Shown here piece after piece: positions 44,849 through 53,205 of a DNA stretch of 64,000 nucleotides (positions are counted from its first letter, which is position 1; each line of letters begins with the position of its first letter). Origin of the DNA: an uncultured archaeon (GTDB lineage: Archaea; Aenigmatarchaeota; Aenigmatarchaeia; CG10238-14; EX4484-224); assembly GCA_964524025.1 (NCBI GenBank), contig CAZGBT010000003.1, positions 602 to 64,601 of the forward strand. The letters are read 5' to 3'. The translations under genes and the position numbers were made by a program. Below the pieces are notes generated by a model. That model saw only the letters and a program-made list of their open reading frames with translations, did no database searches and had not been told where the DNA came from.

Positions 44849-47070
44849 CCAAAGTATTCCTTTAAATCAAAAAAGAAAGGGGATTCATATTTTTTCCTTC
44901 TTTTTTTTATCAATAATACGGCTAAACAAATGGCAGCTAAAGCTATAATTCCTATTTTTTCTTCTCTAGAAAGTCTAAAAGTTATCTTGAGAGAGGGCCT
45001 AGCAACAAAGCCTGTAGGTTTCTTTGTAACTTCTTCTCCTTCCAATACAGAAAAGGCAAAGGTTTTTTCAAAATTTCCTATTGAGGTTTTAACTGAAATC
45101 TTTGCCGTATAAATTTTTGGTTTGGAAGTTGAAGGTACATTAAAGTAGACAGGCAAGGATACACTTTCTCCTTTCCTTATTCTAGATACATTACCCTTAA
45201 ACTCGTAAAACTGACTAGGAATTCCTGTAAGCCCTATTTTTTCTATTTGAACATCAACTTGCCCATCGTTAACTAGCTGTAAGAAATGAGCATAAGAATC
45301 TCCAGCTTTAATTTTTATAGAGTCGGGAAAGCGTAAGGATAAACTTTTCTTCTTTATAACTTGAAACTCTATCTCTTTTTCAAGACCAATAGACTTTTCG
45401 GCGCTAACTGAAATTAAAAGTGTGTAATTACCTTCTGTTTCTGGGGCTTTTAAATAACCAGAAAAGTAACCAGATCTATCTGTATAAAAGTCTTTTGAAA
45501 TAAACCCAAGCTTAACTTTTACTTTAGCATCTTTTATTGGATTATTAAATTCATCGTGAACAAAACCCTTAATTCTAATAGCATCACCTAGGTAATAGAC
45601 ACTTTTGTCTAAAGATATGTCTGCTTCTATTTTCTTCTTCTCGCCTATTGCAAAAGCGGAAAAATTAGAAACGTTAATGATAACTAGATTTCTTATCCTA
45701 TCAACTTCGCAATGTATTTCTTCCCATTCGTCTGTGCAAATTCTTCTAGCGAAATTCCACCATTCACATCTGTAAACTACTAAGTTTCTTTCATCAAGTA
45801 TTTTGCTTTCGTCGTACGGAAGGTAAAGTGTAGCAAAAGAAAATGGAAGTGTAAATTCTATAACGTATATATTTGCAATTCTTATACCTTCGATCAAATT
45901 CTTCCTGAACAAATCAAATCTTAATGGATTATCAAAATCCTCTTCTACTTTTGTATCGTAAATCACAATTCTTGAATCTTTAAGCCTAAATTCTAAATCA
46001 TAATCTCCTGGAGGTATTGAGAATGAATAAGAACCTGTACCTGTTATCGGAATTAGAGAATTTGTATTTCTTATTAAAATAGAACCTGGAATTGGATTAC
46101 CTTCAGCATCTTTTATATTTCCCTTTACTAGTACTGTATAATAAACCTCTCCATACCAACTTTCTTTCAAATTTTCATATTCAACTTCAACCTTAATTTT
46201 GTATTTACCAGGTTGAAAGTTGGGAAGCTTGAGTTGTATAAGATAGCTACTTCCTTTCTTATTCATATCGAAAGCTAATATTTCATTTCCAATACTTACC
46301 TTTACCATCTCAGCTTTAAGATCAATTGGCTTATCTCTGTAGGTTGCAAGTAAAGAAATTATTAATAAATCCCCTCCTCTAACGAATTGCTTGTCAAAAC
46401 TTGCATTAAGCAAAAGAAGTTTCTTTACTTCTACTTTTTTCTTATCATAAGCGTTAGTTCTGTCATAAAAACCAACAACTTTAATTTCTTTATCCCCTGT
46501 TTCTTCCATTTTTGTCTTCACAACCCAAACTTGATTTTCTAAATCAAACCCTTTAAATAAAATTGGAAGTTCTTTTCCGTTAGAAAACAGTTTAAAACTA
46601 ACGTTTTTTGTTATTATCACATCGTTCTTTTTTGTCAGGACTTTAATCTCGACTGTATCTCCTTCATATATTTTTTTCGGAAGCGAAGCTATTGAAACAG
46701 AAAAATTCCAGACATAAAAGTTAAATTGTAAGGTTGAGGTTTGATTTGAAGTACAATAAATAGTTGCTGAATAATCACCCGGCTTATCTATCCAGTAGTA
46801 AGGTATTTTGAAAGAAAAATAATAATCCTCTAGTTTTTTGTAATCTTGAGACTCAAAACTAATGGAAGGACCTTTTACTTCTACTTTTACGCTTATATTT
46901 GTAAAGTTATCAAAGCATTTAAACAATAAAGTTAGATTTTCTCCTATCCATAAATTAGAGGAAGGGTACAAAGTTAAGTTGGTTATTTGCGGACTTGCGT
47001 GAGTTACTCGGACTAAAACTAAAAATAAAAGAATGAAGGAAAAAAGAAACAACCTTCTCATTTTAGCCAC
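44845..47070 (-). CDS. Large envelope protein (741 aa) with a signal peptide, beta-sandwich repeats, a C-terminal TM anchor and a short basic tail
   Basis: Signal-like LFLFSFILLFLVLVRVTHA. Many N-x-S/T sequons. C-terminal IGIIALAAICLAVLLIKKRRKKY. Confidence 0.7.
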   Translation of the reverse strand: MAKMRRLFLFSFILLFLVLVRVTHASPQITNLTLYPSSNLWIGENLTLLFKCFDNFTNISVKVEVKGPSISFESQDYKKLEDYYFSFKIPYYWIDKPGDYSATIYCTSNQTSTLQFNFYVWNFSVSIASLPKKIYEGDTVEIKVLTKKNDVIITKNVSFKLFSNGKELPILFKGFDLENQVWVVKTKMEETGDKEIKVVGFYDRTNAYDKKKVEVKKLLLLNASFDKQFVRGGDLLIISLLATYRDKPIDLKAEMVKVSIGNEILAFDMNKKGSSYLIQLKLPNFQPGKYKIKVEVEYENLKESWYGEVYYTVLVKGNIKDAEGNPIPGSILIRNTNSLIPITGTGSYSFSIPPGDYDLEFRLKDSRIVIYDTKVEEDFDNPLRFDLFRKNLIEGIRIANIYVIEFTLPFSFATLYLPYDESKILDERNLVVYRCEWWNFARRICTDEWEEIHCEVDRIRNLVIINVSNFSAFAIGEKKKIEADISLDKSVYYLGDAIRIKGFVHDEFNNPIKDAKVKVKLGFISKDFYTDRSGYFSGYLKAPETEGNYTLLISVSAEKSIGLEKEIEFQVIKKKSLSLRFPDSIKIKAGDSYAHFLQLVNDGQVDVQIEKIGLTGIPSQFYEFKGNVSRIRKGESVSLPVYFNVPSTSKPKIYTAKISVKTSIGNFEKTFAFSVLEGEEVTKKPTGFVARPSLKITFRLSREEKIGIIALAAICLAVLLIKKRRKKYESPFFFDLKEYFG

Positions 47071-47768
47071 CTAAATAACTTGTCAAAAATACTTTCCTTG
47101 AAGTTTAATCCTAAAATCCTGTAAGCAACCTTCCTTACTTCTTTCGAAAACCTACATTTAGGAAAGAGATAAAAAGCTGGGAAACCTCTATAGAAAGATT
47201 TTAGTACTCTATCGTCTTCGGGAATAAAACCAAGTATCGGCAAATCTAAAAACCTTTCTATAACTTCTTTTTTTATAATTTTCCTATATCTATTCACTAT
47301 TATTCCAGTCTCTATTCCCATTTTTTTAAGTTTTTCAAAAACTTTTCTCGCTGAAAAGAGAGATGGTATATCTTGAGTACTAACTATGATAGCTTTATCG
47401 CTAAGTTTAATAAAAGGAAGGGAAGCTTTTATGGAGGGTTGTGTATCTATAAGGATTATATCGAAGTAAGATGGAAAATTTAAGCCAGTTAATTCTAAGT
47501 AAGAAAGATTTGAAGAAATAGGAGAAGCTAAAATCTCTATTCCGCTTGGATGTGATATTATAACATCTTTTAAATCAGCTCTTTCTAGCAAATCCAAAAT
47601 TGTAAAGGGTGGTTTAGTTATACCAAAAGATAAAGTTAAGCTTGCCGTTCTAAAGTCTCCATCAACTACTAAAACTCTTTTTCCTAATTCCCTAAAAGCA
47701 ATAGCTAAATTAGAAGTCAAAGTTGTTTTGCCAACTCCTCCCTTTTCAGAAACAAAACTTATAATCAT
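47058..47768 (-). CDS. MinD/ParA-family ATPase
   Basis: Deviant Walker A SEKGGVGKTT and IILIDTQPS. 236 aa. Confidence 0.85.
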   Translation of the reverse strand: MIISFVSEKGGVGKTTLTSNLAIAFRELGKRVLVVDGDFRTASLTLSFGITKPPFTILDLLERADLKDVIISHPSGIEILASPISSNLSYLELTGLNFPSYFDIILIDTQPSIKASLPFIKLSDKAIIVSTQDIPSLFSARKVFEKLKKMGIETGIIVNRYRKIIKKEVIERFLDLPILGFIPEDDRVLKSFYRGFPAFYLFPKCRFSKEVRKVAYRILGLNFKESIFDKLFRWLK

Positions 47769-47956
47769 GCTTCCTTTAAAGAGTAAACATAAGCCCTGCC
47801 GACCTTATACATCTTAATCTTTTTCTGATCAACCAAAGCCTTAAGGTAACCAGCTACTAGATCTCTTCTCAATTTCAACTTTCTTGCTATTTCAGAAGTT
47901 GTCAGAAGCCTACCTTTTAACAACTGCAAAATCTTTTCTTCTAAATTCCTTTCCAC
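47765..47956 (-). CDS. Small wHTH DNA-binding protein (63 aa)
   Basis: LLTTSEIARKLKLRRDLVAGYLKALVDQKKIKMYKVGRAYVY. 4-nt overlap with the MinD-like gene. Confidence 0.6.
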   Translation of the reverse strand: MERNLEEKILQLLKGRLLTTSEIARKLKLRRDLVAGYLKALVDQKKIKMYKVGRAYVYSLKEA

Positions 47957-48052
47957 AATTCTATTTTAGCTAAAATTAAATATTTAACATTTTTGTTTAA
48001 CATTATTACAACTATTTGGTAACTATTTTGCTGCTAAATGACAGTTATTTCG

Positions 48053-48784
48053 TTAAATAGCAAAAATATCTATAAGGAAGGATTTAAAGTAAAAAATCAG
48101 CTTACTGGTCTCTAAATTTTCAAATTTGATAGGAATTTCACAGACTTCATAAGTCTTAAGGTTCACAGCAACTAGCTTAATCTCTGCTGGAAAGAAAAGA
48201 CCTTCGAATTTTAATCTTACAATTTCTCCTTTCCATTCCTTAATACTTTTTTCCTCTAAGATCCAAGAAGATGGAAAGTTATAAGGAAGGACCAATAAAT
48301 TAGCCTCCTCTCCTTTAAATTTTAACATAATTTCGTCTGGAAAGATGGCCCACAATTTCAGATTAATGTAAAACGTTTCGTTTAATAAGCTGTTTACAAC
48401 TATAGTTAGGTTTTTAACTTCTTCTATCTCATTACCAAAATACGCTCTTATCCTTATCGAATAATTTCCTTTATCTGGCAAGTATAAATGAAAATTTAAA
48501 GTTTTAGAAGCTCCCGGAAATAAATCAACTTCTTTGCTCCAACTTTGTGAAATCCTTTCTTTTTCCTTAAAAGCTTCAGCCCTAAGCCTTACCTTGTATC
48601 CAACACTTCCAGGGTTATAAACTACTGTTTGAAAAGTTAATAAGTTAGATTTTTTTGAGTAATTGAAATATTCGAGCATAAAATCGAGTTTCTCCCTAAC
48701 GCTGACTTTTATTTTTACAGCAAAAGTTAAAAGTGGAAAGATTATTAAGACTAATACTAGCAAAATAATTTTAAAGTTTAGCAT
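48053..48784 (-). CDS. Secreted hypothetical protein (243 aa)
   Basis: N-terminal hydrophobic signal MLNFKIILLVLVLIIFPLLTFA, with a beta-rich composition. Confidence 0.5.
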   Translation of the reverse strand: MLNFKIILLVLVLIIFPLLTFAVKIKVSVREKLDFMLEYFNYSKKSNLLTFQTVVYNPGSVGYKVRLRAEAFKEKERISQSWSKEVDLFPGASKTLNFHLYLPDKGNYSIRIRAYFGNEIEEVKNLTIVVNSLLNETFYINLKLWAIFPDEIMLKFKGEEANLLVLPYNFPSSWILEEKSIKEWKGEIVRLKFEGLFFPAEIKLVAVNLKTYEVCEIPIKFENLETSKLIFYFKSFLIDIFAI

Positions 48785-49275
48785 AATGCTAAAAAGCCAA
48801 TTCTGCTGCCCTTCGAAATTATAACTATCTCGCCACTATAATTGCCTGGAATTGCTTGAGAAGTATTCAATATAACTTCAACGCTTTTTTTACTAAATGG
48901 GCCAAGGATAAAAGATGAAGGCTTGAAATAAAGATAACGCGAGATGGTGCCAAACGCCAAAATTTCTACCTTAACCGCTTTAGTTAAATTATTAGAAACT
49001 TCTATAAATTTTCTCGAGGAAAAAACCTTAGAAATTGGTAACTTTCCGAAATTGAAAACATATGGCTCTATAGCAATGCCTATGGTTAGATTGGTTGTAT
49101 TTACCAACTGAACATAGGCAGGATACCTACTAATATAATAAGTACAAAGGGGGAACCGCAAAACTTTGGCAGTAAAGTTAGTTATTCCAAGTGGTTTAAC
49201 TATTGGTTTTGAAAAAATTGTGGCTATTATGCTCAAAGCTAATAAGCAAAGAATAACAAATTTTTCGCCTTTCAT
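48778..49275 (-). CDS. Secreted or signal-anchored hypothetical protein (165 aa)
   Basis: N-terminal FVILCLLALSIIATIF; tightly packed in the operon. Confidence 0.5.
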   Translation of the reverse strand: MKGEKFVILCLLALSIIATIFSKPIVKPLGITNFTAKVLRFPLCTYYISRYPAYVQLVNTTNLTIGIAIEPYVFNFGKLPISKVFSSRKFIEVSNNLTKAVKVEILAFGTISRYLYFKPSSFILGPFSKKSVEVILNTSQAIPGNYSGEIVIISKGSRIGFLALC

Positions 49276-49276
49276 A

Positions 49277-50212
49277 CTATCTAATTTTGAAATAGACTAT
49301 CAATGTTAATAGGATTATTAAAAAAAGTAGAATATAAGCTAATGGAAATTTTACTTCTTTTTTCTCTTTAATTTCATAAATTTCCGGAATTTCTAAAGTC
49401 GTATTAAAAATATCTATTCCTGTGCCGTAAGAAAGGAGAGCGGTTGTTGTATAATTACCTGGTTCTACCGACTTATCTAAAGTGATGGAAATCGATTTGA
49501 TTTCTCCTGGTTTTAAAACTACCCAATTTGAAGAGAAGGTCTTGGTAGTGTTTTCGTTTGTAATTTTTAATTCTTTTATTCGAGATATTAAAGTAACTGT
49601 TCCTTCGTTCTTTGTTATTACCCTTAACTCTAATTTTTTGTCAACCCTTCTCGGAACTATATCAATAATTTTCGCCTTTCTTATCGCAACGCCTTTAACA
49701 TAAAAAATTAGTGGAAATTGGATGAATGCTCTAACACTAATTCCTATCCCAGTTTTTGTGGGAAGCTTTGTTATGGATTCTGGTCTTATGTAAATTGCAT
49801 GATAACCAGGCTCTGCATTTTCAGGAACTTTAAGAAAAAAAGAAACCTCACTCGCACTTTTAGCGATTCCCTTAAGAAAAGCAATTTTTGGAGGTAAAGG
49901 TTTAAGTTTAACAGGGTTTTCTATAAATTCAAGCCATGTAGTCGAATCCTCTTGAGAAACGTTTTCTAAAACCTTCTTGTTTATAATTGAAAAAATGGAA
50001 AGGGGGTCTTCGTACAAAGGGTTAACTTTAATCCATAGATCTGAAAAATCGCGAGAAAATACATAAAAGCTAACTAATCTTCTTTCTCCAGGTTCTACTA
50101 CACCCAAATCTAATCTAGATGGAGAAGTCCCTAAGATTTGAGCAAAAGCTCTAGGCGGGCAGATTAATAGCAAGTAGACTAACAAAATCAAGCAAAATTT
50201 CCTCATAATCAT
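49277..50212 (-). CDS. Secreted hypothetical protein with a C-terminal TM anchor
   Basis: Start taken at MIMRKFCLILLVYLLLICPPRAFAQ (alternative ATG at 50206). C-terminal FPLAYILLFLIILLTLIVYF. Confidence 0.55.
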   Translation of the reverse strand: MIMRKFCLILLVYLLLICPPRAFAQILGTSPSRLDLGVVEPGERRLVSFYVFSRDFSDLWIKVNPLYEDPLSIFSIINKKVLENVSQEDSTTWLEFIENPVKLKPLPPKIAFLKGIAKSASEVSFFLKVPENAEPGYHAIYIRPESITKLPTKTGIGISVRAFIQFPLIFYVKGVAIRKAKIIDIVPRRVDKKLELRVITKNEGTVTLISRIKELKITNENTTKTFSSNWVVLKPGEIKSISITLDKSVEPGNYTTTALLSYGTGIDIFNTTLEIPEIYEIKEKKEVKFPLAYILLFLIILLTLIVYFKIR

Positions 50213-50251
50213 AAATTTACTTGCTACTAAAGAAAAAGTAGTTAACCATAA

Positions 50252-50286
50252 TGTTAAACGAAAATTTTTATAAAAAACGTTTAACA
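50252..50286. promoter_or_regulatory. Inverted repeat in the divergent promoter between two secreted-protein transcription units
   Basis: TGTTAAACG (50252-60) and CGTTTAACA (50278-86) flank the A/T-rich, TATA-like AAAATTTTTATAAAAAA. Confidence 0.3.
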
Positions 50287-50300
50287 AATTTTAAATTAGA

Positions 50301-51248
50301 ATGAAAAGGTTTATAACCTTAGCAAGCATTGCTTTACTACTCTTTTTAGTTCCATCGATAACAGTAACTCTAAGCCAATTTAAAGAACAAGCAGATGCTA
50401 CAGATACAGCCGTCGTCAACGTCAGCATTCAAGGAGTTAATGCTGTCGACATAAATCCAATCAACTTCACTTGGGCAAATCTACCAGTTCCCCGTAACTA
50501 TACCGAAAGTGGACCGAAGGCGTTCCAAGTTGAAAACATAGGTTCTACGAATATTACACACATTTGGGCATCGACAACAAACCCAACAAGCAACCCATTC
50601 GGTACTGGAGTTGCAACTAATTACGATGCTGGTCAATTTGTAGTCCTAATAAATAGTAGCAGTAGCTCTTACGAATGGGTTCTCTATCCAAATACAGTTT
50701 TCTTTAATGAATCTGTACCTACTTATATTGTCAACAAACCATCGGGATGGAACAACGGTGGCTTATTTACGAGAATTAGAACAGCTGGCTGGGAAAGCGA
50801 CGAAGGAGAGGAATATTTCGTTTTCGTCGTAAATGGAACACAAAACTGTACGGATGGAACAGTCTATATAGGAAAAGATCCACATACAAAAACTAAAACA
50901 GGAAGTATAGACTTTTCCGATCCCGCTAATTATGTAAGCTTCGGCCTTACTTCTACTAATGACAAAAAGTGGGGATATAAAGGCCCAATAGGGGATTATG
51001 GCAGCATAAATAACTATATCGACAAGTATTACGTTCTCGTCCCCTATGACTGTAAAAACATCACACTAATAGGATGGTCAAGAAGATATGATACTACTGC
51101 TGGAATCGATATAGGTTATTACCTATTCTCAGGAACGCTAGAGCCAGGTGCTGCTCTAGACTATCTAATATCTGTAGTAATTCCATACGGAGTTGCTCAG
51201 GGTGATGTAAAAACTGGTACTCTAACGATTTACGCTACTACAGCTTAA
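50301..51248 (+). CDS. Secreted T/S/N/G-rich hypothetical protein (315 aa)
   Basis: Signal MKRFITLASIALLLFLVPSITV. Several N-x-S/T sequons. Looks more G+C-rich than its neighbours. Confidence 0.6.
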   Translation: MKRFITLASIALLLFLVPSITVTLSQFKEQADATDTAVVNVSIQGVNAVDINPINFTWANLPVPRNYTESGPKAFQVENIGSTNITHIWASTTNPTSNPFGTGVATNYDAGQFVVLINSSSSSYEWVLYPNTVFFNESVPTYIVNKPSGWNNGGLFTRIRTAGWESDEGEEYFVFVVNGTQNCTDGTVYIGKDPHTKTKTGSIDFSDPANYVSFGLTSTNDKKWGYKGPIGDYGSINNYIDKYYVLVPYDCKNITLIGWSRRYDTTAGIDIGYYLFSGTLEPGAALDYLISVVIPYGVAQGDVKTGTLTIYATTA

Positions 51249-51279
51249 AAATACTTAATCTAGTAAAATCAGGATTCAC

Positions 51280-53205
51280 CTAAACTTCTATCCATTCAAT
51301 TTTTTCTTTTTTAATTGCATCTTCTAAAGTTTTTAAAGTCTCTTCTATTTGCTCTATTTCGCTTCTTAGACTTTTCGTGAGCATAGCAGAATTCTTTATC
51401 TCGCTTATCCTATCCATTAGAGTTTCCAAGGTTTGTCTAGTCTCGCTGAACCTTCTTTCCATTTCTTGAGTTTTATTTTCTAAAGAGGAAAACTTATGCA
51501 TTAATTCTTTAAATTTGTCCTCTACCTTACTTATTTTTTCTGCCATACTCTTTACCTCTTGAAGACCATCTTCAACAACTCCCAGCCTTTCTTTTGTCTT
51601 AATTATTCCATCGTTCAAATCTTTTCCTAATCTTTCGAATGAGCTAATTTTATTTTCTAGCTCACCCATTCGAGAAGAAAAGGCTTGTATTCTCTCCTTT
51701 AAAGTTCTAAGCTCTAAAGTAAGATTTCTTATAATATCCTTGCTCAAAATCTCTTGAATTTCCTTTCTAATTTCCTCTACTTTTTCATCCAGTTTCCTTT
51801 CCATCTCTCGAGTCTTATTTGCCAGCTCTTTTGACTCATCCTCCACCTCTACAAGCCTACTTTCAACAGCTTTTAACCTCTCTTTTGCCTTCTCGATTTC
51901 ATCTTTAAGATCTTCTCTTAGCTTTACAAGCAAACTAATTTTATTCTCTACTTGAGTAGAAAAACCTTCTATTTTTCTCTTTAAACTTCCAAGTTCTAGG
52001 TCTAATTTTCCGATAGCATCCTTATCTACTAACTTTGAAATTTCCTGAATCTTTATTTCAATCTCTCTTATCTTTTCCTCAATTCTTTCCCTTGCATTCT
52101 TTTCTTCGCCTACAGAAAATTTTAACTCATCTAAAATAGAAGACAAATAGTTAAACTTTGAGTATAATTTTTCTAAATCTTCTGTTTTGGCAAATTTTTC
52201 TTTTAACATAAATATTCCTTCAAACCTTTTAGAAAGGTCAGAAACAGTCTGATTAAGAACCTCAAACTTCTCTTCCAGATATCTAATTCTTTTTTCTAGG
52301 TTTATAGGTTGGCTTTTTCTTACTATTTGTTGCAAATTAAGCAATCTATTGTTCAAATCGAGAATTAGAGAATTAAACTTGTTCAATTTGTTTTCTACAT
52401 CATCCACAGTTGTATTAATAAATTTTCTAACCTTACTCTGAAAACCTAAAAATTCTTCCCTTAAATTTTTAAGCCTAGAAAGGTTTTCTAAATTTTCTTC
52501 CATTTGTTTAAGCCTTTTCTTAAAAATTTCGTAAGAACTTTCCACCAAATTTTTTAAATTTGATAGATCTTTCTCTAGTTCTAAAATTTTCCTTATTCTC
52601 TCCTTAAACTTCTCTTCAACTTCTGCTTTAATTTCGTCTTTTAAATCTTCAGCGATTTCCATACTTTTTATCTTTAGCTTTTCCTCTACAGTCGAAGCTA
52701 GGGAAATAAAATTAGAAGAAAGTTTTTTGAATTCGGATAGTAAGTTACGATAATTTTCAGAAAGCACTTTTAAAGAAAATTTTAAATTATCAATCCTTTC
52801 CTCTATTTCGCTAATTTTCTTTTCTAAATCCTCAAATTTTGATTCTAACTTCTTCAAATTTTGCTCTGCAGAAACCCTAACTTTCTCTTCTAAATCTTTT
52901 CTTAAAATCTCAAAGCCTCTTTCTTGCTCTTTTACTTTAATCCCTAATTCATCCACTTCTCTTAAGAGTTTTGAAATAATGGAAGAAAATTTTAAAGCAG
53001 ATTTAAGCTCTTTATATAACTTAAAAAATTCCTCTTCCCTTTTTTTCTGTTCGCTCTCGATCTCGAACGTTCTCTTTTCTATTAGCTTAAACTTCTCTTT
53101 TAGCTCATCTATCTCACTTTTCAATTCTACTATTTTCTTAGCTAAAATTTCCTTTTCTTTCCTAACTTCCTTAACCCTTCTTTCCAACTCATCTAATACT
53201 TTCAT
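51280..53205 (-). CDS. All-coiled-coil protein (641 aa), third of three
   Basis: K/E/L heptad-rich throughout with no TM or enzymatic motif. Internal ~95-aa duplication (LELGSLKRKIEGFSTQVENKIS... versus LELRTLKERIQAFSSRMGELENKIS...). Confidence 0.75.
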   Translation of the reverse strand: MKVLDELERRVKEVRKEKEILAKKIVELKSEIDELKEKFKLIEKRTFEIESEQKKREEEFFKLYKELKSALKFSSIISKLLREVDELGIKVKEQERGFEILRKDLEEKVRVSAEQNLKKLESKFEDLEKKISEIEERIDNLKFSLKVLSENYRNLLSEFKKLSSNFISLASTVEEKLKIKSMEIAEDLKDEIKAEVEEKFKERIRKILELEKDLSNLKNLVESSYEIFKKRLKQMEENLENLSRLKNLREEFLGFQSKVRKFINTTVDDVENKLNKFNSLILDLNNRLLNLQQIVRKSQPINLEKRIRYLEEKFEVLNQTVSDLSKRFEGIFMLKEKFAKTEDLEKLYSKFNYLSSILDELKFSVGEEKNARERIEEKIREIEIKIQEISKLVDKDAIGKLDLELGSLKRKIEGFSTQVENKISLLVKLREDLKDEIEKAKERLKAVESRLVEVEDESKELANKTREMERKLDEKVEEIRKEIQEILSKDIIRNLTLELRTLKERIQAFSSRMGELENKISSFERLGKDLNDGIIKTKERLGVVEDGLQEVKSMAEKISKVEDKFKELMHKFSSLENKTQEMERRFSETRQTLETLMDRISEIKNSAMLTKSLRSEIEQIEETLKTLEDAIKKEKIEWIEV

